In this document: in pieces, positions 12,341-24,357 of the stretch | Layout: every line of letters begins with the position of its first letter | Numbering within the stretch: the first letter of the stretch is position 1 | Notes under the pieces: model-generated | What the model saw: the letters and a program-made list of their open reading frames with translations, nothing else | Database searches by the model: none | What the model was told of the DNA's origin: nothing | Position numbers and translations under genes: made by a program | Assembly: GCA_012026655.1 (NCBI GenBank) | Contig: JAAILG010000075.1 | Location: forward strand, 1-64,000 | Reading direction: 5' to 3' | DNA: 64,000 nt | Source: Hydrolagus affinis | Lineage: Eukaryota

Positions 12341-15300
12341 CTAAAAAGATCGCTGGCAAATGATGCCATTCTGACTGAAATGATGTAAGGCATCCTTGAC
12401 TTTATTGAAACAAAAGTATTTGGAAACAAAAAAAGGTGGAATCCACACGTATTAATCAGCATCTTGAAGAGAAAGACAGGGTCACCCAAAATGTATTTGG
12501 GGTTTTCAGATGCTCCATAAATGATTGTGGAATTCCCACATTTTTGTTAGAATTTTACAAATTGTTTTGAACATTGTTCATGTTTATATCTAGTATTAAC
12601 GTAATCATAATCATGACCTCTGCATTGGAAATTAATGCAGAAATGAAAGTAACAGTACAAGTTTGCCCCACAAAACACACATTCACAACATTTTACAGTA
12701 GATCCTGTGAAGCACTTTGGGACCTCCTCCCAAATGTAAGGATTATTTTTACTCACTAAAGTAGTACATTACTCATTAATCATAATTTGGTGTAAAAGGG
12801 CTGAGAGCAATCTATTCCAAGACTATTAATTACTGCAACCAACAACTGCACCCAACACTATCAAATTATCACAACTCAAATTATTAAAAATAGTCCTAGG
12901 TGCCAGATATAATTACATTTTATAAGCAGTCAATATGGTAAATCTGTTTTTTCTTGTTTAAGGTAATTTGGTTTAAAATCAAATACAGTATAACAGAATT
13001 GGAAGAAACATACAGTTAGAGAAATGCAACCAAACAATCTCAGTGTAGCTTTTTTCACTAGTGTGTCTGTCAAGTGTGAGTGAAATCTTAGACAATCATT
13101 GCACAGAAGAACAAGTTGGCTTGTATTCTTCTTAATGGCCACAAGGGAGCAGCTGTACACTGGATTTGCTTTGAAAGGAACCACTGTCTTGTGTCAGCAT
13201 TTTCCTTTGTTTGAACCCAAATAATAGTTAAGAGTAGATTATATTGATTTTATCAGTTCCTATCTCAAATGCAAGTATTGATTATTATTGTAGTGAAGTC
13301 AACATAGTGTTGTTTAATGCGGCTCAAATGCCCTGGTCAGACAAACAATCAAATTATTATTATTGGAATCACTTTGGACAAACTAAAGTATCCATATTTT
13401 CCTTTGCACTTCCACTTGTACAGTTGTTATTGTAATTACGTATTTCACAAATTATCTCAGCTACATAACTCAAAGCTGCTCATCGTTGAGTAATTTCCAT
13501 TGTAAAAATATTACCAACAACAACAAATACCAATAACAATAACAATTTGCATTTACAATATATAGCGCTCCTCACGCAGGGCCGTGTCCTAGAGTGTCTG
13601 ACAGCAGCAGAGTGGAATGTCGAATGAGGGGTGGGGGTGTGTGGGGTGGGGGGGAGATTTGGTCAAGCCTACAGCTCAGCACAAGTACTCGCTTCATCAT
13701 ATACCCATGACGGAGAAGTAGAGGTGCAAGGGTTTGAAGAGATTTTAGTGTGAGGATCTTGAAATCAATTCGGCAATAGGGAGCCAGTGGAGCCTGGTTA
13801 AAACTAGTGTAGTGGGAGTAGGAGCCTCCATTAGCAAATATGTTTCATCCCTCAAACACAAATAGGGTCACATGTTGCCACACACTTAAACCTAACTATA
13901 ATGAACATCTTAAATTTCCAGCCAGTACATGTACAATTAAATAACAACTCTGCATCATTACCTGAGGGTTGCAAAGGGGATATAAGAACCCTAAAATTAG
14001 GGGTCAGCCAACAAAGAGAGTAATGATAGAGTGCTCATTCACATACTTTAGAGGATTTGAAAAGTTGAGTGCTGTTTCCTCATCTGATTTTTCTCAAGCT
14101 CTTATCAAAATATTCAAAACAAAATGGCAAATCAATGCCACAAGCATCAGGTAAAACAATTTGTTTGACCTAAATTCTAAAAGGTTCACTCTGGCATTTT
14201 GCCCTTAGCCCTAAAGCGTAGGGTGGTACTGTCTCGATAAACAGCAGGAAATGTGTCAGGCAGCACATTAATTGGTTAAACTCTGTGAGATGTGCAGAAC
14301 TCTGTCTTGTTTGGATACTCCACTGACCCCCAGAAAAAGTATCAACCATTTGAAAATATATATGTCAAACATTTTATTGTGGGCAGAAGAGTTTATAAAT
14401 ATGAATCAAAGGCATAAATTGGATCAAAGAAATCACGCCATCATCTGTGCATTGCTTATGAAAAAAGTTGTTGTCCTACTGCTTCTGCAACACCAAATGT
14501 TTCATGAGGACAGTACCGCTTTAAACAGACATGAAACGTGCAGTACGTGAGAAACCATCTGGCCTGAATTCAAGGGAGTCTTGTCAGTGCAGAGGAACAG
14601 CAGTTTACAATCGTACAAATGGCATATTCGAATTATAGGTAATTACCTATAATGTAATGTTTTGCAACGAGCTTGTCTGCAATTCTCTCAAGGAAGACAT
14701 TTCATAAACTGTGGCTTTTCCACACCTAGAACACAATGTAAATAGATTAATATTTACCAATGAGGATCAGTTTGGATGAAAATATTTATCTTCAGGGGCT
14801 TAGAGAGCTAAAGCAAAAATGTAGGTCGAACATGGCAAGTTTATGATTAACCAAAAAGTTCAATAAAACAATGAAACAGTTCAGTTCACAGCACAGCTTC
14901 ATTTTTATTTTTGTGCAGTTACATGCTGGATTGTTCAAAACTGCGTATCAAACCTCAGTATCCATGACAGTCATAGTTATCTAAATAATATGAAAACAAG
15001 TTATTTGGCCCTTGAATTAAATCTCCAGATTCCAAGTTAGCTGCTCTTATGCAACATAGCTGGCAATTAAAAGCTGTTATTTATAATTTATAAATAGGGT
15101 ATAAAGTAATGTCTTTAACATGTCTAGTTAGAATTTAAAGAAGCTTGGTACATTCAACCATATCCCTCACATGATTCCGCAGCAAAGGCCACACGCTCAC
15201 TCACAGACTTTGATCACAATGGGATCTAAAATGTGTCTTATAGCCCATGTGCTAACCATGTTCAGCACATATTAGTGGTCCTAATTACACGATGAACTGA

Positions 15301-17288
15301 AAAAGATTCAAAATTACTTTCAATACTTTTCTCTGGTTAATAATTAGAGACAGCCATATATATCTAAACATAAGTAGTCTGGACTATTAGCTCCACTGAA
15401 AATTTAGAGCTTATTGTCATTGGGCATTCAAATATGGGTTCATGAGCAGGGTACATGACTTGCTCTCAGAGTTAATTGCACTTACTCTGAGACAACTTCA
15501 TGGGCCTCAAACTCCCATCTAGTTTTAGCCAATGAGATAGATTTGTCTTTATTTTATAATTGTGCAGAATTGGAAAAATTAATTAAGCATTTTGTGATAT
15601 TTTGCCTCATATCAACAAAATAATTTACTTTATAAACAAGAATAGAAGCGTGTTTTGGGCCATGGTTTGTTAATCATTACTGAGTGTATGTGAATTTTTA
15701 GCAAATCTCCAAAATAAACTTACATGTCCATCTTTTAGCATCCAGGATAAACAAGACATTTCAGCCACTTAAGTACAGTAACATGTATACAACCAATGTA
15801 AACTCATTAAGATCTTATGCATGAGTTTTTTAAGACCAGAAAATGGTAGGCAAAGAACTGGAAATAGCACCACAATTAAACCATCCATCCAAAAAGGGAG
15901 GCCTTTTAATAATGTTCTATTATATATCACCATGTTTAAATAAAATACCTCTTAGAATACTATTCTATTCTTACAGGTATTTTATTTTGTGATACTATTC
16001 TTACACACATTTTATTTAAACAAGAGCCAGGTGGTAATAACCGTCCATTCCCCAAATTCTGGTTGGAACCACACTGGGAACAAAAAATATCCCTTGATAT
16101 GGTTGGAGCCTTATCATAGAGAGGTTAGACTCCAGTTTCATAAATGGGGAGGGTAGTCCTGACTTTTTCTTAGCTCAATTATTTTAATTCTTATTTAGAA
16201 ATCTCGCATTGTTATCATCACATTTCTTTCAGTGAATGACATATCATCAGTAAAATACTCTACGCCTATTTCTGTTGTTGGTGCTTATAAAACTAGGATA
16301 ACTCCACCCTTCCTCTTGTAACCATTTCCTGTTACAAGAGTCTTAAATGATAGTGAGGCTTAAGGCCGTGCTCGTGCCTAGATAAGATTGGTTAGGAAAG
16401 GATATATTCAGATTAGTTAAGACAGTGCATTGCGACGTCATCATGGGGACAAGAATTGGAGTTTAAGCGCCCGATTAAGGACATCTTTGGTCAAATCCCA
16501 TTCCAGACTCGAGAGCAATCTAGACCGTGTAAGCAGATGCATAGTAGACAGCACTTTGGCCTCTTTAAGGGCAAATTCCTTTGTCTTGACACACCCATTG
16601 GTTAATTAGAAGGCAACACTCTGTTGGCAATACAGTATTTTAGCTTCCCATTTAAATGGTGTAAATCTGCACCATCATCAATTCAACACATTTTTTTCAA
16701 GCACGGCAAAATACAGTATTTAGCTTCCCATCAAAATGGTGTAAATATGGGAAAGTACAAGGTCATTGTCACATGAAATTCACTTTTGGATAAATGGAGC
16801 TTCGTATGTGGTGTAACAAAATATAATTACAAATTTAAATAAATGTTTGGTAATCATGTCATTAGCAATGAAATTATACAATGATTCAAGCAACTTGAAT
16901 GCGCTATTCGTAAAATAGTTTATATATTTATAGAAGGTAACTTCTCAAAGTAAACATCATCCTAAAAATGTTAACTATATTTCAATTTTACAGAAGGATT
17001 GAAGAAACGCATAGATATTCAAGATATAAAAAGTGGTCAGCTCAGTTTTCGGAACTTAAATTATTTATACTTGAGAACGGTTAATGGGTAATTGTAGACT
17101 ATGGCACTATATCACTCCTTTACATTTTCGGGCTGTTCCAATGAAGTGGAAAAAGCAAAGCACGTTGGGATACTGTCTGTCATAAATTATTTAAATTAAT
17201 TTATTTTTTACAACATTCATTTTGAAACATTGATGTCAGCATTGTTGTTTTTGTTAGAAGAGTGAAAGTGGAGAGTATGGCTGCAATT

Positions 17289-17590
17289 AATAATAATAAT
17301 AATTCTTGCATTTGATATAGAGCTTCCACATCTTCTAGACATCTCAAAGTGCTTCACAGAATATACTGTGAAGTGAATTGACAGTATATTTATGAGCGAA
17401 GCACTGTAGCCAATTGCGCACTGCAGTGTCCCACAAACAGTGATGGATTGAGTGACCAAATTACTATTGTTTTTTTTTGAGGGATTATTATCAGTGGTCT
17501 GAAGTAAGGAAACCTGCCCAAGGTTTTGCCTTATCGGGAATCGATCCCAGTTCTCGTGCTTGCAAGGCTAATGCTCTTACCATTGAGCTT
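17289..17590 (-). mobile_element. tRNA-derived SINE, same family
   Basis: Reverse-complement match to 20154-20477 from tail to head. Confidence 0.82.
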
Positions 17591-17607
17591 TAATACAGTA
17601 TTCCACA

Positions 17608-18100
17608 AACAACAACAAAATTACATTTGTATAGCGCCTTTCCCATTGGGAGGACATCCCAAGGAGCTGGACAGTCAATGTTTCAGACCCGAGCTGGAGT
17701 CGGGATTAGGGAGAGTGGAGGGAAAGGAAGGGAATTGGGGTGACTAATGACCGTGGAAGAGAAGGGTCTTGAGGAGCGACTTGGAGGAGACTAGGGAGTG
17801 GGCGAGATGGGACTGCGGTTTGGAATTCCAGAGATTAGGGGCAGAGTGGGTGAAGACTCACCCGCTGGTGGTGCAGACCGGAGCCTGCTGAACAGAGGGA
17901 GTGGGCAGATTGGTCGGGGCTAAGGAAGTCACAAAGGTAGGGTGCGGCAATGCCGTGGAGGGCTTTGAAGGTGAGGACCAGGATCTTGAATTGAATCCTC
18001 TGGGGAATGGGGAGCCATGGGGGAGATGGGGTTGCGGTGCTTGGAACCGTAGAGGTCATGGGCTGCAGAGTTCTGGATAATCTGCAGCCTATGGAAGGAG
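17608..18100 (-). mobile_element. L2 LINE 3' end with ORF2 C-terminal remnant
   Basis: Frameshifted HRLQIIQNSAA and WLPIPQRIQFKILVLTFKALHGIAAPYL, typical of L2 ORF2; (TTG)n tail. Confidence 0.88.
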
Positions 18101-20153
18101 GAATTGTGAAGGTAGACAAGCAAGCCTTGTTCAAAGGTGCGTTTAAGGTGTGTTCCTGTAATTGCTCAAGATGCCTTAAACGCTGTCTTTCGTAAGTAAA
18201 ATTCACAAAACCTCTGACCACAAAAGTGTTGCGTTTTTTTTTACAACATTCGTACAACAATACAAAAATTTAATGACCGAAACAGTCCACACTGACTGCT
18301 TTTTCCTATGTGCTTCTCTGGGTGGTGTCTTGCTTACCTGGTGCTGTAATTTCATCTAAGGCTTTAGAAAGTGAAGAGTGGGAATTCGAATTAGGACCCA
18401 ACAGTTGATTTGACTGGAATTGCGGGTTTTTGGAGTGAGTAAAACTGAGATAATCTAATACAATGAAGTATCTGCTTGAATAGATGCAAAAAAATTTGCA
18501 AAGCATTAACATTCAGTTTTCCCATTGACTCAACAGAGAAACAGCTTCTGTTATCACCACGCAATCTACAGTCATCCCAGAAACCTGAATGGGTGTGACA
18601 GTAATTGTACTTCACACCCTTTGGTGAATCCACTCGATACTGAAGGAATGACAGAATTCAATAGGAGTGGGCATACATAGGAAATAGCAGTCAAGCTAAC
18701 TACAGAACAAGCTTCCCGTTGAACCCATTGCAAACCTAGCAACTAGAAATACGGTTTGTACTCCACGTTTTTAAAATTAATTACGTTAGCATCTATCCTT
18801 GAATATATTATTGAATTATTTCAATTTAACAACAGCAGTCATAGGAAAGTAAATTGCTATGCAATTCTCAACAGAATGGTGCAAAATGATTAATTAACCG
18901 GTTAATTATCTGTAGGTGTTTGAAAGGATTCATTTATACCAAGTGTTACATTTAATTGTATCTGATACAGCTTGGATTAGCAAAAAAAGTAACTAAATAT
19001 GCAATCTTGTCAGCAAATCTATAAAAGGCTATTCAGTTTGTACAAACAAACAAAAATCAATAAACAGTACATCTCGTGAAGCCACGCTCTTCTATGGGCC
19101 CAGTACAACAAAGCTACCTCTGCTTTCTTTTTCCTATAACTGCAGGTACCAATAACACTAAGAGATCGCAATAGAATAACACAGCAATTACAACATTTTA
19201 TATGCATCTGTATTGCGAAGGAGAGCATCAGTGATCATTTAAAAAAATTTGAAACAACTGAAATGGACAAGAAGCAGGTTTTTTTTGTAACGGTTTACTT
19301 TTTAAGTGTTAGTATGACTGAACAGATTCCATCCTTAAGATAATGGTGTGAATGAGAAAGATTAGCAGAATTGTAAATGTGCAGATGATACACAATTGTG
19401 AAGGAAAGCAAATGATAATGAGGAAATTTCATTGCAGAAATATCTGAGAAAGTTTGCAATGTTATAATTTTGGTAAGTGTTGAAATCCTAGAACCTGTTG
19501 CAGGTTTCATAATATCCTTTGACACAGAATCATTGCAGAAAGTTACCACATAAAACATTTGGGCTATCAAGTCTGTGCTGGTATTTTTTCTCAAAAATAG
19601 CCTATTCAATCCCAGTCACTCACTCCAAATCTTGGAAATAAGTTTTAAATTCTAAAAAGGTATGAATATAACCCTAATCACTACTTATTATAATCACTAA
19701 TCACTCTGGGTTGGAGTTCCGCAAAACAAGAGCAAATCTGACGTGGAATTTGTCAGATGTGTCATCTTTTGGATGAGATGTTATGTTAAACAAAGGTCCC
19801 ATCTGCCTGTTTGGGTGGATGTTAAAGATAAAGATCAACAATAAATTCACTGAGCCCATCCCCCTTGAATGGTGGGGGGGGGTGGGGGGCGGCGGAAGGT
19901 GGGTAAGACATTATTGTCACCTACCCTATTCAATGTATTCAGCCATGGCATTTTAGAAGGCATCGAGGGGACCGACAATTCCAACAATTTCAACAAATAT
20001 CTCTGGAATTTCTATGTGAAGGTGGGATGCATGGAACCCTCAGTTTGGTTTGGATACTCTTAACCATGGTGATGTGTTTCTGCATGTATTTTGCTCATAA
20101 AATACACAGTCGAGCCCCTTTATGCTGTGATCTTTATGGATTCCCCCCTTTAT

Positions 20154-20477
20154 GGAGTCCTGTAGCTCAGTGGTTACATCACTCGCCTCGAAAGCGAGAG
20201 ACCTGGGTTCGCTTCCTGGCAGGGCAAAACCTTGGGCAAGTTTCCTTACTCCACACGTTTGATAATAATCCCTCAAGAAGAAAAAACCCCAATAATAAAT
20301 TGGTCACTTCAATCCATGACTGTTTGTGGGACACTGCTGTGTGCAATTGGCTGCTGCGTTTGGCCCACAATATACAGTACAGTCAATTCACCCTTACAGT
20401 ATATTCTTTGAAGCGCTTTGAGAGGTCTGGAAGACGTGAAAAGAGCTACAACAAAATGCAAGGATGATTATTATTAT
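20154..20477 (+). mobile_element. Full-length tRNA-derived SINE (SINE2-CM/Deu-L2-like)
   Basis: Head GGAGTCCTGTAGCTCAGTGG (A box)...GGTTCGCTTCC (B box), core GTGGGACACTGCTGTGTGCAATTGGCTGC, tail AAATGCAAGGA(TTA)n; many copies in the window. Confidence 0.88.
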
Positions 20478-20688
20478 ATCCTGTGAAGCTCTGTCAGTGA
20501 GACGTCCTCGCAATGTGATAAGGCGCTATTATTTATTAACCATTGGCTGGATTATTCTGAATTATAGTCATCAATTAATTGTGTTCATTTTTTTTTAGGT
20601 GGTTGTGTCCTCATTGGGTCCTTTCCTAGCTCCCTCTGGCGGATCCCGGGTGTATGTGATCGCCGTCTGTGCGAATGAGATTGAAGTG

Positions 20689-20730
20689 ATTGGCTGTGGA
20701 CAGGGAGCTGGAGTTGGCCGCTGGTATAAA
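20689..20730 (+). promoter_or_regulatory. PPP1R3C core promoter (inverted CCAAT and TATA box)
   Basis: ATTGG at 20689-20693 and TATAAA at 20725-20730 in a locally CpG-enriched patch ~150 bp upstream of the exon-1 ATG. Confidence 0.7.
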
Positions 20731-20873
20731 GAGGCGGAGAAGCACTGGCTGGTCGCTGTGTGTTAAGCGACGCGGCTGCAGGGAATGTGTGTATGAAGGT
20801 GCCGTAGAAGGATTTTTTTCCCTGCAGTTTTAAACCCTGGTCACTTTAATCTCGAATGGTCTTAATCAAGCCG

Positions 20874-20887
20874 ATGAACTGCACTAG
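20874..20887 (+). CDS. PPP1R3C: PPP1R3C exon 1 coding part (MNCT-R), out of frame with exon 2 main ORF in this sequence
   Basis: ATG AAC TGC ACT AG|GTAATT matches the M(S/N)CTR start of vertebrate PPP1R3C; matching acceptor TTTTTCAG|G at 21940. Confidence 0.75.
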
Positions 20888-21189
20888 GTAATTATGCATT
20901 CAGTAATTAGATGTTCGACTTTTTTTTTCTTCCCCCTCCCCCTCTCCCTCTCTAAACAAGAGCTCAGAGCTTGTTGTATATTTTTAAATATCGCCGCTTT
21001 CACAGTTCTCGGTGTGTCCAGTGACTTGAGTTTAGAGCCGTCTGTGAAGTTTGTAGCTTATGGTGGGTTGAAGCTTCAGTTATACGTGTACATTAACCTC
21101 CCTGTAGGTAAGTGCGCTGTTTGTAACCTATGCTGAATTGTGCCCAGCGATCAGATACTGATGTATGTTACTCACCATGTCCATATAAT

Positions 21190-21335
21190 AATCTGAATCT
21201 TTGCATTTGATGTACTGCTTTTCACATCGTCTAGACGTCTCAAAGCGCTTCACAGAATATACTGTAAAGTAGATTGACTGTATGTACTGTGGGTGAAACG
21301 CGGCAGCCAATTGTGCACAGAAATATCCCGCAAAC
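21190..21335 (-). mobile_element. SINE 3' half in PPP1R3C intron
   Basis: Tail and core motifs of the family. Confidence 0.75.
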
Positions 21336-21564
21336 ATGTGTTTTGCTGCACATTAAGAAATATTGATAATCTCATTTTTGAAGTGATTTGTATTGAACAA
21401 TGAATTTATTTTCTGATTTGTAAGTGTTGAGAATTTTTTTTAATGTGTTTTCAGTGAGAACTATTTGTTTTGATTTGTTAATGATCCTGTTTTAGTTTTA
21501 TCTTTCAACTGCCTTAAGAGCTTCTAATTATCTCTAAACTTTTCCAATTAAGTGATAACAATAA

Positions 21565-21800
21565 ATAATAATCCTTGTATTTTATATAGCGCTATTCACA
21601 TCTAGATGTCTCAAAGCGTTTCACAAAATATACTATAAAGTGAATTGACTGTATATTTGTGGGTGAGATAATTGAGCCAATTGCGCATAGCAGTGTCCCA
21701 CAAACAATCGTGGATTGAAATGACCAATTTTATTACTTTTTTTGAGTGTGTGTGGCATAAGGAAATTTGCCCAGGTTTTCGCCCTGACTTGCCTGGAGTT
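21565..21800 (-). mobile_element. SINE (5'-truncated) in PPP1R3C intron
   Basis: Tail, core and AAGGAAATTTGCCCAGG motif of the family. Confidence 0.8.
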
Positions 21801-21984
21801 AAATTATGGACATCATTGTGGGTTATTTCCATCTGACTTGATCCTTTTTTTAAAACTGGTTTTGCTGCATTTAAATTAGCTTTGAGGACTCCTTGTGTTG
21901 AATAAATGACCAATTTTATTCGGGGGATTTGTTTTTCAGGGTCTTCCATATATTGAAACCAGGCCATTACCAACTGTATGTATT

Positions 21985-22884
21985 ATGCCTATTGACATAG
22001 CCATGAGGATCTGTCTGGCCCATTCTCCACCATTGAGAAACTTTCTCGGCCCTTATGATCCTTGCAGGGGCCGAAGCTTTGCAAACAGGTTAAAGCCACT
22101 CAGGCCCTGCATCAGCTCAAAGAACGAAGCTGGTCCTTGTCACGAAGAATGGGCTGATTCCAAGGACAAAAGGAAGAAATCGGTTGTGTTTGCAGATGAC
22201 AAGGGGCTGTCGCTCACGCAAGTTAATATTTTCTCAGAATTTGAAGACCCGTTAGCTGACCTACAGTTTGATCTGACTGACATCGAATACATGACGTACG
22301 CACTGAAGATTAATGAAATAAGAAATCTGATCCTGGACTTTACTCTGCCCTCTGCTGATTACTTGACATTCAGAAATCACCTTAAGAAGAACTTTGTCAG
22401 TCTTGAAAATTGTGCTCTGCGAGAGAAAACCATCGAAGGTACAGTTAAAGTAAAAAATATAAGTTACCACAAACTCGTCCAGATCCGGATAACTTTTGAC
22501 TCATGGAAGAATTTTAAGGATGTGGAGTGCTCTTACCTAAATGATGTGTGTGGTTCTGTTGACAATGACACCTTTTCTTTTGTTGTTGACCTGCCCACTT
22601 CATCTTTATCTCTTCAGGAAAGAATTGAGTTCTGTGTCTCTTTTAAAAGTGGACATCAAACTTACTGGGACAATAACAATGGTGAGAATTACAGGATCGT
22701 TCATGCAGAGTGGAAACCAGATGGTATCCAGGCTCCGATCGCCCTCAAGAGTGCAGTGACAAAGGATAGTGGGAAGATGGAGGCAGTTGAATGTGATCAG
22801 TACGGTAGTCCAAGAGCATCGAGTTTTCTGTTCCCCGATTGGCAGACCTGGAGTAGGATCGAGAAGTCTCTACCTTATTGGTGA
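21985..22884 (+). CDS. PPP1R3C: Protein phosphatase 1 regulatory subunit 3C (PTG), main ORF in exon 2
   Basis: 299 aa: MPIDIAMRICLAHSPP N-terminus, LKPLRPCI, RVxF-type KSVVF, CBM21 domain (VKVKNISYHKLV, WDNNNGENY), C-terminal PYW; exon 2 begins at 21940. Confidence 0.96.
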   Translation: MPIDIAMRICLAHSPPLRNFLGPYDPCRGRSFANRLKPLRPCISSKNEAGPCHEEWADSKDKRKKSVVFADDKGLSLTQVNIFSEFEDPLADLQFDLTDIEYMTYALKINEIRNLILDFTLPSADYLTFRNHLKKNFVSLENCALREKTIEGTVKVKNISYHKLVQIRITFDSWKNFKDVECSYLNDVCGSVDNDTFSFVVDLPTSSLSLQERIEFCVSFKSGHQTYWDNNNGENYRIVHAEWKPDGIQAPIALKSAVTKDSGKMEAVECDQYGSPRASSFLFPDWQTWSRIEKSLPYW

Positions 22885-24351
22885 TGTCAATACTGTTACA
22901 ATGGATTGAAGCAAAAGAAGATGAGTTGTCTCAATTTCTGTATTAAATCCTGCCACAGATCTCAGAAGTCCTAAATTTTGAATCTAATTATCTACAAGTC
23001 CCTCTGGAAACACAGATACATTCATCAATTTAGTCCAAGACTTTTCAAAATGCTATTGTGGTAATTTGAGTCTCAGTAGGATTCTTTGAATCAAACCATC
23101 TGAGAGCAAGTACAGACGGATACCGTGGATATGCAAGTTTGTATTGGGGATGATCTTGAGCAATGTAGCAAAACTGATGGATTAACAAAGTGTTTTGGAT
23201 TTCAGATGTGTGCATGACAATTGTAATGAGTGAATGACTTAACTGAAGTACAAATCAGTTGCTTAAATGAAAATCCTTTTAAGAAAAATTGCACAGAAAT
23301 GTCACCTGAAGGAGACTGATCACAAGATAACCTGTCTTCTAAATGAACCAACTATGATTGTTGATTGTATATCCACACCAGGGATTGTGCATGTATATAA
23401 AATTCAGCAAACAAAACTACTATCTGGGAAAGTAAAGTGCCTTTAGCTAAAAATTTAGCAAAGTAAAAAGGTAAGATTTTTTTAAAAAAAATTGAATGCA
23501 CCAATGATCTGCCAGGTATTTCAGCAGTAATAATTCACCACAAATTTGACACACACAGAAACCCATTACCTTGCTTAAGAGTATCCAAACCAGACTGAAG
23601 TCCACATTTGCACAGGATTTTCATGTCTGGAATGGAAATCACACACAATCTCCCTGTCTACTTAATTCTCTAACAAAAGATTAAGAGCCATGCTTTTACA
23701 CAAAAGTGTCCAGTATGATTGTCATTTCTGCATTCACCACTTGACTTGGGTAGTTTTTTTTTATTATGCACAGCAATAAGTATGCAATGGTCTTGGAAGA
23801 TGAGATCCTTCATATTGAAGGTTATATGACTAACCTGAATTGGACTTGCAGATGGGTGCATAACTAAGGATTGTTGGAGTCTGTTTTTCTGTTTGTTCTA
23901 TGATCACAAACCGTTAAGTTAGATGCTTACATTTTTCCTGATCTAAAGTTCCAACTCTTAATAACTAGCTTGGCATTTGCCAGCATGGGAGCCATTTTAA
24001 TAACTGTTAACAAGGCAGCAAAGTTTAAATGTGTTGTAAAGCATTCATTTATGTAGCCTTTTGATCAGTAATGCAACTCATTGTGCACATTAACAGTATG
24101 TTTTTCATGTGGCATGGAATATGGGGATAACGATGCACTTTTCTATATAAGTAGAGTGAATTCCAATGTATGCTCATTTGGCAATTAGTGTGCTATTGAA
24201 ATATGATCAAGAATGTTTCATTTTGATGCAGGAGTAGACTATTGAGGTGCCATGTGAGGATGATTGTGGTTAATATGGACTCTGCAGTCACTGAAATATT
24301 TTTCTATGGGAGATTTGTTCTTGGTAAAGTAGCAATATTCTTTAAAGAAAA

Positions 24352-24357
24352 AATAAA
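24352..24357 (+). terminator. Likely PPP1R3C polyadenylation signal
   Basis: AATAAA followed ~20 nt later by a GT/T-rich tract (TTTTGTCTTGATGTTTGTGG), ending a repeat-free ~1.5 kb 3' UTR. Confidence 0.6.

Noticed and set aside
14272-14550. 92-aa plus-strand ORF and a gene-like minus-strand frame (WRDFFDPIY...YFFWGSVEYP)
   Set aside because: No recognisable domain or splice frame; the minus frame has stops at about random frequency
14632-14653. Perfect 22-bp palindrome ATTATAGGTAATTACCTATAAT (also a 12-bp-arm hairpin at 3550-3576)
   Set aside because: Short and AT-rich with no supporting context; at most further small fold-back duplications
17835-18260. 141-aa ORF and 63041-63418 125-aa ORF
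   Set aside because: Fragments of L2 ORF2 from 5'-truncated insertions, with no RT or endonuclease core
19295-19609. 104-aa minus-strand ORF
   Set aside because: Antisense to a decayed CR1 RT fragment (ADDT motif on the plus strand); no exon support
20154-20225. tRNA-like sequence with A and B boxes
   Set aside because: It is the head of a SINE, continuing directly into SINE core and tail; same for the other copies
20027-20467. 146-aa ORF, and similar ORFs ending ...KRYIKCKDYYY at 37788, 40945, 48288 and 54723
   Set aside because: They are translations of the SINE body and tail, recurring wherever the SINE occurs; not genes
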